This document shows, in pieces, positions 12,288 to 24,291 of a DNA stretch of 64,000 nt. The number at the start of each line of letters is the position of its first letter. Position 1 is the stretch's first letter. The DNA comes from Octopus vulgaris (lineage: Eukaryota): positions 71,486,001 to 71,550,000 of the forward strand of contig OX597833.1 in the NCBI GenBank assembly GCA_951406725.2, written 5' to 3'. The translations under genes were made by a program, and so were the position numbers. Under the pieces are notes generated by a model. That model saw only the letters and a program-made list of their open reading frames with translations, did not search any database and was not told the DNA's origin.

Positions 12288-12785
12288 TCATCATCATCAT
12301 CGTTTAATGTCTGTTTTCCATGCTAGCATGGGTTGGACGGTTCGACCGGGGTCTGGCAAGCCAGGAGGCTGCACCAGGCTCCAGTCTGATCTGGCAGTGT
12401 TTCTATAGCTGGATGCCCTTCCTAACGCCAACCACTCCATAAGTGTAGTGGGTGCTTTTTACGTGCCACCGACACAGGTGCCAGGGGAGGCTGGCAGCAG
12501 TCACGATCGGTTGGTGCTTTTTACTTGCCACCGGCACAGAAGCCAGTCCAGGCAGCGCTGGCATCAGCCACGTTTGGATGGTGCTTTTTACATGCTACCG
12601 GCACAGGTATCACAACTACCATTTCCATTTGATTTTTATTTGATGCTGATGTACTTGACTCAATAGGTCTCCTCAAGCACATCAGGTCACGTGCCACCGG
12701 CACAGAAGCCAGTCAAGGCGGCACTGGCATTGGCCACATTCGGATGGTGCTTTTTACGTGCCACTGGCACAGGTATCACAACTAG
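12288..12785 (-). mobile_element. Family D retroposon with internal tandem units (GGTGCTTTTTACGTGCCACCGGCAC)
   Basis: (CAT)n tail, core motif and 4-5 internal repeat units. An oppositely oriented copy lies at ~12910-13079. Confidence 0.85.
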
Positions 12786-13449
12786 AGCATTTAAATATAG
12801 ACTACTTTTAGTTTCATGCTGTGAAATTACCATAAATTGGCAGATTCCTAAATCATGCCTTGTGTCTCCAAGGAATCCTTTCAGCCTCAAAATACACTTG
12901 GTGATTTTGTCGGTGCTGGTGCCATGTAAAAAGCATCCAGTCCACTCTGTAAAGTGGTTGGTGTTAGGAAGGGCATGGAAACAGATCAAAGAAGATTATG
13001 GAACCTTGTGCCGTTCCTGTCAAACCATCCGATCCATACCAGCAGGGAAAATGGATGCTAAATGATGATGATGATGATATAAATCACGGTTTCATCACTG
13101 TCATTTTAATGTCCACTTTCCCCATTCCTGTATCGGCCAGATGGAATCCATTAACACAGATTTTCAATGGTCAAAAGCCGTTCCTGCCTTCTTAGCAAGA
13201 CATGTTCCCATCATGCTGATTCTCACCAAATGCCAAAACACGGCCACACACACACACACACAGGTATACAGACAATAGTCTTATGAGGAGTCCAGGTAAA
13301 AGGGTTTCTTTGATCTCTATAACAACTCACTTCCCCACCCCCCACCTCTTTACTTACCACATTTGTCAGGAGTTCTACAAGGTTGCTCAACCAGCTAGAA
13401 ATAGCAACCAAATCTCCCTCAAAGTACATCCTTAAACTTACCATCTTAA

Positions 13450-13670
13450 CCCTTTCATTACTGCATTTATTTTGAGATGCTCTGTGTTTCTTTCGATTAC
13501 TTTAAATATAACAAAGAATTTAGTAAAATAACTTTGTTATCATTAAGCTAGTGTTAGGAACATAAATTGTGACTAAGGTTTGGTGGAAGATTTGAATTCA
13601 GATACTTATGAAAACAAGACATTTGTACTCAGAGCCAGAGGTGGTTTCAGTTAGGTTGGTATCGAAAGGG
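13450..13670 (+). mobile_element. piggyBac-type MITE, copy 1
   Basis: TTAA|CCCTTTC...GAAAGGG|TTAA; body shared with the copies at 18933 and 45291. Confidence 0.9.
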
Positions 13671-13784
13671 TTAAAGAAATGGTTGGAAGAAATGACTGAT
13701 AGGATATTCAAGGCCCAGTCGGAGACTCCAAGTCTGAAAAACAAGACAGATTAGAGATTGTTTTAAAGATAACAAATTTTATAC

Positions 13785-13933
13785 ATTATTTACAATTGAC
13801 GGATATTTGTCCTCATCTTGTTAACACAACGTTTTGGCTGATATACCCTGATGAAGGCTGGAGGGTAGATCAGCCGAAATGTTGTGTTAACAACAAACAA
13901 GATGAGGACAAATATCCGTCAAATGTAAATAAT
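13785..13933. repeat. Palindromic element with hammerhead-like core at its apex (inverted Penelope-like termini)
   Basis: Arms ATTATTTACAATTGACGGATATTTGTCCTCATCTTGTT... and ...AACAAGATGAGGACAAATATCCGTCAAATGTAAATAAT. CTGATGA-A-GGCTG...CAGCC-GAAA at 13848-13879. Confidence 0.8.
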
Positions 13934-13958
13934 TCCTCATCTCTTAAATATAGAACTA

Positions 13959-14169
13959 CTCTCTTTTCTCTTTTACTCTTTTACTTGTTTCAGTCATTTG
14001 ACTGCAGCCATGCTGGAGCACCGCCTTTAATCGAGCAACTCGACCCCGGGACTTATTCTTTTGTAAGCCCAGTACTTATTCTATCGGTCTCTTTTGCCGA
14101 ACTGCTAAGTAACGGGGACATAAACACACCAGCATCGGTTGTCAAGCAATGCTAGGGGGACAAACACAG

Positions 14170-14202
<33 letters not shown>

Positions 14203-14373
14203 CATATATACGACGGGCTTCTTTCAGTTTCCATCTACCAAATCCACTCACAAGGCTTCGGTCGGCCCGAGGCTATAGTAGAAGACACTTGCCCAAGGTA
14301 CCACGCAGTGGGACTGAACCCGGAACCATATGGTTGGTAAACAAGCTACTTACCACACAGCCACTCCTGCGCC
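13959..14373 (-). mobile_element. SINE family A (tRNA head plus CORE-like segment), full-length
   Basis: Reverse complement of the 44273 copy. Confidence 0.9.
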
Positions 14374-14677
14374 TATAACAAACTGTATAACAAATTTTGG
14401 TTTGTAACCAAAATCATGATCTCCTTTACTTGAGAGTTGCTTTCTCTAAAAGTGATTCCAAACCTTTTACCATTCTGATCAATTTTAGAAAATCTGGAAT
14501 CATCTAAAAACAATTTTCATTCATTTATTCCACAGCAGCACATTTCACAATTTTTAATTATTTTTTTTGAGAAACCAACTCTCAGTTTTCAGTTTGCAGA
14601 ACAACTGCTGATGTATAAATTAGAAACTTACTATTTTTAAATCTCACAACGAGAGATATTCAGCAACAGCACTTTGG

Positions 14678-15027
14678 AGTAAAGATTGTTTGCCAACATA
14701 ACATGGCAGTCCTGGTTTAGGACGAATGTTGCTGTAATTTAGCCCCAGGAGACATCGTATCCAGCTGGCTATACGACACGATCTGTGTCCTTATATTTTC
14801 AAACAAGGGAGCTGTTCACTCCCATTCAGCTCAAAACAATATCTGTGTATTGCGATACACAGATATTGTTTTGAGCTGAATGGGAGTGAACAGCTCCCTT
14901 GTTTGAAAATATAAGGACACAGATCGTGTCGTATAGCCAGCTGGCGACGATGTCTCCTGGGGATAAATTACAGCAACATTCGTCCTAAACCAGGATTGCC
15001 ATGTTATGTTGGCAAACAATCTTTACT
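14678..15027. repeat. Near-perfect 350-bp palindrome (fold-back MITE-like)
   Basis: 173-bp arms (14678-14850, 14855-15027), 4-nt loop TGCG, about 4 mismatches; possible TA TSD at 14680-81 and 15024-25. Confidence 0.95.
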
Positions 15028-15474
15028 ACTGATGTGATAGAATCTTTTAAGTAGATATTATATCGAGGAATGTATAAATTCCAGTAGAAGGTATGGATGG
15101 GTGGGGGTGGGGTGGAATCTGATCCCTTCTGAACGAAACGAATGCTGAGAGCCAACACTTAACAAACCCTGTGAGACCCGTCTTCTGCTCATGAAGCCCT
15201 TTTTATGAGTAAAGGCCTCGAGCTTTTGCTTTGGCAACTGGAAGTTTCTGCAGAATGAAGACTATCAAAAGATAAACCCTGCTCCCTTTAGAAGATGGTA
15301 GTTTGGAGCTGATGGCTTTAATTAGGAGAGAAAGAGTAATTAACCAACAGAAATACTTGTTTCCACTCTGTGACTACCACACAACATCCTGTTCTACCCT
15401 TGTCAATAAATGGACTGAACCATTGAACTCTAAATCTTTTACTAATGTTTGTACTAGACTGGCACACTGTCTCT

Positions 15475-15757
15475 TATGAGGGTTCCCATTGATCCAATCA
15501 AAGGAGCTGCTTGCTCATGAAATTACCTCACAAGTGGCTGAGTACTCCACTGACACGTGGACCCTTAACATAGTTCTCAGGGAGATTCAGTGTGACAAGG
15601 TTGGTCCTTCTGAATTACAGGTACAACTCACTTTTGCTAGTTGAGGGAACTGGATTAATGTGAAATAAAGTGCCTTGCTCAAGGACACATTGCACCACCA
15701 CCACCACCAGGTATTGAACTCATGACCTTACAGTTGTGAGCCAGACCTTCTGACCAC
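15475..15757 (-). mobile_element. Diverged chimeric SINE: tRNA head, CORE-like segment and family-B 3' body
   Basis: Minus strand has GAGTTCAATACC and GTGTCCTTGAGCAAGGCACTT, then a body matching 58561-58750. Confidence 0.65.
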
Positions 15758-16194
15758 TTCACGGCCCTGGTGACTGGACACAAAGCATTGACTGGTCAGT
15801 CAGTTGCCAGCAATTCCTGTTAGTTTGATCGGCTGTTGTTGAAGTTATTGGTATTTAACCACAGGTCAGTAATGATTAAGCAGGCCTATGAACAGAGAGT
15901 ATTCCAGCCACGATATTCTCAGGCATAGACAACCTTGGACTACATTTTACGATGTGTCCATTTCTTTTTTTTTTTAACTGGTTATTTTCAAGGATTTTCT
16001 TTTTATTTAATGGCTGAGTCAGGGGTCAGCATTCCTACTCTTCTTACGGCCTTTGTTAAAGGTGTAAAGGAACAGGGGTAGACTAAAGATTCGGCCTAAA
16101 TCTTTACAGCAGTGTGGACCCCTTTAAAGGCCCCTAATGTGTTCAGGTGGTATTAAACTGGACAACATGTTATGCTTACCACCTACAAACAGAA

Positions 16195-16423
16195 CGGTCC
16201 TTCTGAAGGGTTTCGAAGGAGAGGGGCTTTCTCCGTCCGGGTTGCGGATCCGTGGAATAAGCTGCCAGACGAGATAGTGAAGATGCCGACGACCGCTCGG
16301 TTCAAAGTCTCCCTTGACCTCAAGTGGCCTGAACTCTTTACATGAACACTATCCTGTACATAACTCCATGTCCCCCTACATGGCCTTGCTTTTTGCTTTT
16401 TGAGCCAAAAAATTAACTAACTA
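16195..16423 (+). mobile_element. CR1/L2-group LINE 3' end
   Basis: Translates as RRRGAFSVRVADPWNKLPDEIVKMPTTARFKVSLDLKW (CR1-type ORF2 C-terminus), followed by a short UTR and (TAAC)n tail. Second copy of the tail at 57126-57226(-). Confidence 0.8.
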
Positions 16424-17299
16424 TGAGTTTTCACCTTCCAAATAAACTCTTAACTCTTTGATCAGAAAAACTTGGTTGAGGTGCTGCAGAATGGTATCGA
16501 ATTCAAAGCTGCCTGTTTCCATTTGAGGAAGATTTGACTGTTATTTCCAGCAACCGATAGAAGTAATCATTATGAAAGAGTTCTTGGAAGATAGAAGAGA
16601 AATTCCTGACAACTGACTGAGCAGTCATTGGTTTATGTCCTGTCAGCAGAGCTGGTACTAAGTTGGTTAAAGTAGAGGAAACTAGTAATATGATTAAACT
16701 ATTTGGTACCAATATACCAAGACAATTGAGCTAGTTGATACCAAGCTACCGAGACAGTTAAAACTAATTGGTACCAATGTCTGTGTAGCGAGTCGTTTAC
16801 ACTAATTGCACCAGAAAACGAGGTTTCTTATTTGAAATCACACAGAAATCTGAACGTCTTTGCCAAACATTCGATTCGATGCCAATAATTATTAAATCCA
16901 GTCTTGTAATCAGGACAACACAAGATGTTTGCTTAGATTACGTAGTCTTGGAGATTTGCCACTTCTTTCTTGCTTCACCAACGATTTGAGGAGAAGGTTT
17001 AACCCATGAAATTAATTCAGTCTAAACCATCAAAACAGTCACACAAATAAAAAAGAAATCGTTATACAGGACCAAGTTTTTAACAAAGGGCACATCAACA
17101 TCATCATCATCATCGTTGTATTAATGTCTGCCTTTTCAGGTTTGCATGAGTCAGGTGGAATATGTTGTAAAAGACTTCCAACAGCTGGATGCCCTTCCTG
17201 TCACCAACCTTCACTTGTTTCCAAACAAACCATCTCCCTATCACTGGATGCGTTTTCAAGCAAAAACGATGCTGCAGTGATGAGATACTGAGGAATGGG

Positions 17300-17541
17300 A
17301 ACGACTGGCTTCCGTGCCGGTGGCACGTAAAATGCACCAATTTGATCATGCAGATGGCACGTAAAAAGCACCCACTACACTCACGGAGTGGTTGGCGTTG
17401 GGAAGGGCATCCAGCTGTAGAAACACTGCCAGATCAGACTGGAGCCTGGTGCAGCCTTCTGGCTTCCCAGATCCCCGGTCGAACCGTCCAACCCATGCTA
17501 GCATGGAGAACGGACGTTAAACGATGATGATGATGATGATG
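17300..17541 (+). mobile_element. Family D retroposon
   Basis: Core motif and (GAT)n tail at ~17523-17541. Confidence 0.85.
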
Positions 17542-18932
17542 AGTTCTCATTAGGATTAGGAGTGAATTAAGAGCTCTTGGTTGGGATATATCTTCAGATT
17601 AAGCAAGACTCCCACCAAATTCTGACACCATTTTAGTTATAAAGATCAAACTCTGCCAAGTTCATATTTGCTATTCATCCAATCAGAATCGAAGTCCACA
17701 GAAGTGGATCAACCAAAACTGTTGGATGAAATACTCTGAGAGGTATTGTGACTTTTTTCATTTTCAGTTCTTGTGAGGGACATTTAATGCATCTCCTGGT
17801 TTCACATCCCTCCCAGATCCTTTGATGCCTTTGGCAGAATTCACTCTGTTGTCTGGTCTTCAGCTTGAGAATAACATTCTCTTTTTATTCATCTCAGCAG
17901 TCTTAGGGGCCCTGAAAAAATAAATAAAAAGGAGTTTCCTCTCCCTGAAGCACTAAAAAGAACAGACCCACCCCCCACCAACTAATAATGAACAAACCCT
18001 TCCTATCTGCCATATTTCAAACACCAAACTGTGCAGGTCAACATCTATTTCGGGAGACTCTTCTGCTCCCAGTCTGCCCAGAATTCTCCTTGGTTCTCTG
18101 ATGCCAACTTCCTGCCTTAAAGTGATCCAAATGAAAACCTTTCATCAAAGTTTCTTGTTAGTTTATGTTCAAATCACCAGATTAATTAATGGCAAAATTA
18201 TTTTGCTAAATTCTTTATTATTTTCGAAGTCTGCTGAAACAAAAGGAATGGATTTTGACAGAGACATAATAACAAAGGATCAAGACTTAAAGACAAAAAA
18301 GGGAGCAATCAGGACCTCTTTTTGCAGAACCTCCAAGACTAGCAGGGAAAAGGGAGAGACCTTGTCCCTGTTTATAATACAGTGTATGGCACTAAAAGCA
18401 ATCTGGAGTCAGGGTCCTGCACTAAAAGCATTCTTAGACCTAGTGATGGTGTTAAACCACTCTAACCACCAAGTTCAAAAGGTCACATTACCAAAATCTG
18501 TGAGTTACCTCAAAGACCAGGGATTGGTTTCACCTTATTTAATTGGATCATCATCATCATCATCATTGTTTAACATCCGTCTTCCATGCTGTCATGGGTG
18601 GGATGGTTTGGCAGGAGCCGGCCAAGCAGAAGCCTGCACCAGACTTCTGTGACTGTTTTGGCAGGATTTTTACAGCTGGATGCCCTTCCTAACACCAACC
18701 GCTCAGCAGAGTGGATTAACCCCACAAAACAGGTTTCCACAACCAACAGCTACAAAGTCCAGAGATTGTTTAATTAGGGAAAAACAGAAAAGACAATGTC
18801 CACAGGCCTAAACCTCGTTAAATTAGTTTTTAATTAATCATGAAATAAAAGTATGGATTGTGGCCATGGATGGGTTCCTGGAGAGACTCAGGCCATCAAA
18901 ACAATTGAGTGGAATGAGTGTGTGTTGTTTAA

Positions 18933-19154
18933 CCCTTTCGTGACCAACCCGGCTGAAACCGGCTTTGGCTCTGTAGTACAAATATCTTGTTTTCGTAAGT
19001 TCTGAATTAAAATCTTCCAACAAACCTTAGTCACAATTTATGTTCCTAAAACTAGCTGAATGATAACTAAGTTATTTTACTAAATTCTTTGTTATATTTA
19101 CAATTAATTGAAAGAAATCCAGAGCATCTCAACAGAAATACGGTAACGAAAGTG
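18933..19154 (-). mobile_element. piggyBac-type MITE, copy 2
   Basis: TTAA flanks, CCCTTTCG terminus, inverted relative to copy 1. Confidence 0.88.
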
Positions 19155-19853
19155 TTAAGAGTGAGGTTGATTGAGGCACTGACAAAACGGCTTGATGGTG
19201 ATGAAGTATGAAAGGATGTTACATGTGGCAGGGTCCTGATTAGGGGTGGGAATGCAGCATAACTGACCTAAACACCACTGTTTGTGGTGTCTCTTCAGAT
19301 TAGGCAAGACTAACACCAAATCCTGATACCCTTTTCAGTTATAAAACATTTATTATTTTATTCTTTGGATTTGGATTTTGGCCAAGCTGGAGCACCACCT
19401 TGAAGGGAATTTTAGTTGATCAAATCAACCCCAGAATCTTTTTTAGGACCAAATCAGTAAATTACAGGGAGGGATATAACAAACCTATACCAGTTAACTG
19501 CTGGAAGCAGGGGGAAGGGGAGAGAGACACACAGACAGATACCACCCACCAAATTCACTGACAAAGCATTAGTTGGCCTGGGGCTGTAGTAGAAGACACT
19601 TGCCTAAGGTCCCACACAGGGATTGAAATCAAAACCATGCAGTTTGAAAATGAACTCCTTAACCGCACAGCCATGCCTGCTCCCTATTTATTCTTCCATG
19701 TCTCAATAAGTTGTGGAATCAATCGTTCCATGACTAAAAGTCAGGGGTTCCAAAGCAATCAAGTTCAATCTATGAACATTGGAACTTGTCAAAGGGTCAG
19801 AGAGGATGGTGGACAGGCAGCAGGGGAACGGGAGACCTAATGAAACCAGAACA

Positions 19854-20120
19854 ATCATCATCATCATCATCGTTTCACATCCGTTTTCCATGCTGGCATG
19901 GGTTGGACGGTTTGACTGAGGTCTGGAAAGACAGGAGGCCACACCACGCTCCAATCTGATCTGGCAAGGTTTCTACAGCTGGATGCTCTTCCCAATGCCA
20001 ACCACTCTGAGAGTGTAGTGGGTGCATTTTACATGCCACCCACTCTGAGAGTGTAGTGGGTGCATTTTACATGCCACCGGCACGGGAGCCAGTCAGGTGG
20101 CACTGGCATCGGCCCCAACT
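19854..20120 (-). mobile_element. Family D retroposon with a ~38-bp internal tandem duplication
   Basis: (CAT)n tail; CCACTCTGAGAGTGTAGTGGGTGCATTTTACATGCCAC occurs twice at ~20002-20078. Confidence 0.8.
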
Positions 20121-21217
20121 ACAATTTCCATTTTGATTTCGATCTTGATTTAATTCTGGGTCTTCTCAAGCGCAGCAATATTACCTGATAATAATATGGA
20201 ATAAATATAGATGTCAAGTCATTAGTAAAGATGATGATGATGATGAAGACCCTTCCATCACTAATCACTAAATTGTAAAATAAGAATTCTCAGTTCTTTC
20301 GTGAATGGTTCTCTATTTTCTCATAATATAAGAATTTATCCAACACTTTGAACTTAACCAAACGAGAACATCCTTGATTGGCTTTGGAGTCTACTGTTTG
20401 AGTAAGACAAGCAGAGTTATGTACCTTGGTTTTAGAAACTCGAAGCCATGTTTGTCTCTCCCCACAGTTTCGATTCTAGGACCTTCAGTAGTCAAACAGA
20501 TCAGTCTTTTTTTAGTCATTAATAAATGCTTCATAAAAAGTTTCTAAGGAACCATTCACTAGTTTCCTGTTAAGAGTGAAAAAGATGGTTTTGTGCAATC
20601 CTGGCAGACTATCACTACAAGGATGGAGGCATGTGGCTTCAGGGGTCAGGGCGTTGGGCTCATGGCTGTAAAATATCCATACAAGTATGGGTTGAATGAG
20701 ACTTATTGGGACGATCGTATATAGCTTGATGCCCTTTTTGTCACCAATCCTTAGGGGGTTTTGTTTCAAGGTACTTTTTTTTAAAATTCTACTTATCTTT
20801 ACATATTGAAACCCCCCCCAAAGTACAGGACATATTGTCACTGCTGCTCATCTGATCAACATGGAAATGGGTGGGAACACAGGCAGGGTTCGGTGGAGTT
20901 TCTCTCCACCAACTCTTACTCACACAGCATTCGTCAAAGTGAAGCTGGAGGTAGATGACCCATGTACCTAAAATACCCCTCGGTGGGATGGAACCTGAAA
21001 CCACATGGTTGGGAAGCAAACTTCCTAACCACACAGCTATGCCTGTATCCATCTATCTATCTGTCTGTCTGCCTATCTACCTATCTATCTATCTATATAT
21101 GCCAGATCAGACTGGAGCCTGGTGCAGCCTTCTGGCTTCCCAGATCCCTGGTTGAACCGTCCAACCCATGCTAGCATGGAAAGCAGACATTAAACGATGA
21201 TGATGATGATATATATA

Positions 21218-21374
21218 GGCGCAAGAGTGGCTGTGTGGTAAGTAGTTTGCTTAGCAAGGTAGCTTATTTACCTAAGGTGCTACACAGTGGCACCTTAGGC
21301 AAGTGTCTTTTACGATTGCCTCGGGCTGACCAAAGCCTTGTGAGTGGATTTGGTAGAGGGGAACTGAAAGAAGC

Positions 21375-21421
<47 letters not shown>

Positions 21422-21587
21422 ATGTTTGCCCACCCCCATCGCTTGACAACCGGTGTTGGTGTGTTTACATCCCCGTAACTTAGCAGTTTGGCAAAAGAGA
21501 CTGATAGAATAAGTCATGAGGTTGATTTGCTCGACTAGAGGCAGTGCTCCAGCATGGCTGCAGTCGAATGACTGAAACAAGTAAAAG
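21218..21587 (+). mobile_element. SINE family A, diverged full-length copy, flanked by family D pieces (21100-21210, 21628-21773)
   Basis: GGCGCAAGAGTGGCTGTGTGGTAAG head and GACTGAAACAAGTAAAAG end. Confidence 0.85.
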
Positions 21588-21855
21588 CGTATGTATGTAT
21601 CTATGTATGTATACATTAAAGAGACTTTACACTCACGGAGTGGTTGGCGTTAGGAAGGGCATCCAGCTGTAGAAACTCTGCCAGATGAGATTGGAGTCTG
21701 GTTCGCCAGACCTCAGTCAAATCGTCCAACCCATGCTAGCATGGAAAGCGGACGTTAAATGATGATGATGATGTTGGGTAAGGCTGGACCAATGTGAGAA
21801 GATATGAAGTAAATTAGAAAAAGAAAACAAAACAAAGTTGGAGTTTTACCTTAAA

Positions 21856-22440
21856 TTTCTATATTTCAGGGCTGTGACCCCTTCTTCAGGACAAGTGGGG
21901 GGAAGAAGGTGACATGTGCAGACTGGTGTTGCCGTAGTAACCAATCATGAAGTTCTTTTCTGTTGTTTACAGCTGGTCTCAGTTTGTTGAATAGCAGGGC
22001 CTCCATGATTCTGAGAATTCCTCTGTTGTACTGAATGGCCGATGGATACCTTCAGACCCTGTGTCAGGTATTTCTGTAGGGATTTTCTGATTGAAATGTC
22101 TGTGTGCATGTGTTCCTTGATCTGAACAAGCAGCACCCTGGTAGTGCTCCTTATGCAGGATGCCCTACATTTTCTGCAGATTACTTCATGTACCAAACAA
22201 GCCCTGCAGCATATTTTGAAGTTGTTGATGGAGCAATTGGGTAGTGTCCACCCCACAATACTATCTGTGGTATCGTTCCCAGACAGAAATTTCCTCAGAG
22301 ATGGGCCAGTGTGGAACATCTGTATACTGAGTCCCTCCCTGCAGATTGCATGTTGTATAGCAATGGTGGTTCTGTCACCGAAGTCGGGCAGTTTAAGGAA
22401 GCACATTTCAGGCTTGGGATTATGGGCTCCCCTGATGTGG
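21856..22440 (-). pseudogene. Penelope-like retroelement relic: degenerate GIY-YIG endonuclease and downstream hammerhead-like motif
   Basis: The ORF contains LVHEVICRKCRASCIRSTTRVLLVQIKEH, which resembles the PLE motif VY.I.C..C...YIG.T.R.L..RI.EH. CTGAAGA-A-GGGG-tcacag-CCCT-GAAA lies at 21889-21864. Confidence 0.8.
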
Positions 22441-22920
22441 GCCCTTAATCTCGATAATAAAGATCAATAAAATGAATTTGCTGCTGGAATAATTACTAGG
22501 ATTAATGCGATTAAGTAAAGCTCCATCAAGGCTGCAGCCCGACAGAGACACAAACCAATAAAAGACTAATTCGGTATATATGGATGGTACTCAATACCAA
22601 ACATTTGTGAAAGAATTTCTTGAATTGGTAAGAAACCTTTGAGAAGAATTATACGAGGAGACAATATTCAATCAAAAGAGCTGCAGTGATATCATCATCA
22701 TCATCATCATCATCATGATGATCGAACATTCGCTTTCCCTGCTAGCATGGGTTGGACTGGAATAAAGAGAGGAAAGAAGCAGAAGAGTGAATAAAATCGG
22801 AGAAGGATGTCAAAAATATTAATCTTTGACAGAATTATTTCAGGAATCACAAAGTTTAAATTCCAAAACAGAAAATAAATTGGTGATTGCTTAAAACATA
22901 CAAAAAATGTACACTATTAG

Positions 22921-23142
22921 CCCTTTAGGGTTTAAACCAGCCATGCCCAGCCCATATATTCTACCTGTTTTATGTTTAAACTGGTCAGATCTGGACTCTC
23001 ACACCTATCCTACAATGTCGTTATAAAAAATAAACATTAACATCATTGAAATCTCTGAAGCTATAAGATAATCCAGGATTAATCTCCAACGATGAGAATG
23101 AATGAGCTTAACATTTGAGAGAGGAATCTGAACGGTAAAGGG
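22921..23142. mobile_element. Second piggyBac-like MITE family (degenerate)
   Basis: CCCTTTA...TAAAGGG termini; flanks are TTAG/CTAA, an imperfect TTAA. Confidence 0.5.
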
Positions 23143-23458
23143 CTAAAAAAAAGGGTTCCATGGAAATAAAAGCCCAGGTAAAAAAAGAACACAGGTAAAC
23201 TGTGATTATAGCAAAATCAGTGGGGATGGTTATGATTGGAATGTTTAGGAAAACAGACAACAAATGTTTACATCCAATATTATGAAATAGCAGCCAAATC
23301 ACCCCATTTGTAACAAAACTAATTTTTTTAACAGTGAAACTTGAAGCAGATAAAGCTATAACTATTTACCAGTGTAAAAAAGCCCTTGGATGGAAAAAAA
23401 AGTCAGTGGGATTTGAACCTACACCCTTTTTAAACATGTCAGACATTCTAACCAATTA

Positions 23459-23990
23459 TACAAGGTGCATTCCAGAGGTTTTGAGACTGTTTTAAGTAGA
23501 GACATTTATTTCAAACCAGTCCAAAACATTAATCCCTTTCAAAGTAGGACCCTCTGCTTTCAACGCATTTCTTGCAGTATTTCAGCCCCATCGAAGTCCT
23601 CCAAAGTGAAGGGGTCCACCATCCTTGCCACAGCCCCTATCAGCTTTTTAATGTCTCCTGAGATTTTTGTTCAGCTTGGGAAACAACCAAAAGTGATAGG
23701 GAGTCATGTCTGAAGTGTGAGGGGACAATTTTAATGCCCTTCTTTGTCACGTAGTTGAAATATTCATTTCCTAAACAAGTCCTGGGCAAAATATGACCTG
23801 CAGCACTTTCTGAATGGTTTTTCTAGTGGTTCAGTCTGTCTGATTACAAACCATGTCTCATGTGGCCCAATGACGAGCCATGTCTCATGTGGCCCAATGA
23901 CAATCCATGTCTCATGTGGCTTGCTTCTCGAAAAAGGGTTGCTCAAACCTGCTCTAAGTAATCCCATTTTTCTACACCAACCAATCTAAA
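23459..23990 (-). mobile_element. mariner transposase relic
   Basis: Minus strand encodes SDMTPYHFWLFPKL (YSPDLAP.DF.LF-like) and KKCVESRGSYFE (mariner C-terminus). A 27-bp unit is repeated three times at ~23851-23920. Confidence 0.65.
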
Positions 23991-24257
23991 ATTTTTTAAG
24001 GCACTCTTTCACTATTCAGCGAGTAAGATGAATGAACCAGTGTGGCTTCTTGAAAAATGACCAGAAAACTGAAAACAAAAAATAATATCAATCCAATAGC
24101 ATTAAATTAATATTGATTTTCTTTGCTGAGTCTAGAGGAAGGGAGTAGAACCTGTGACCCTTGCTGGCCTTCCCTAAGTAGAGAGGTTGATAATGTTAAT
24201 GAACTGTTTAAACTGTTGCAGGTCAACACCAGCAGGAAACAAAGATCACACCCCCCC

Positions 24258-24291
<34 letters not shown>

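Noticed and set aside
16650-16815. Degenerate ~31-bp tandem repeat
   Set aside because: Short decayed minisatellite with nothing to suggest function.
18101-18652. 183-aa plus-strand ORF
   Set aside because: No domain, no convincing splice sites, and it runs into a family D repeat.
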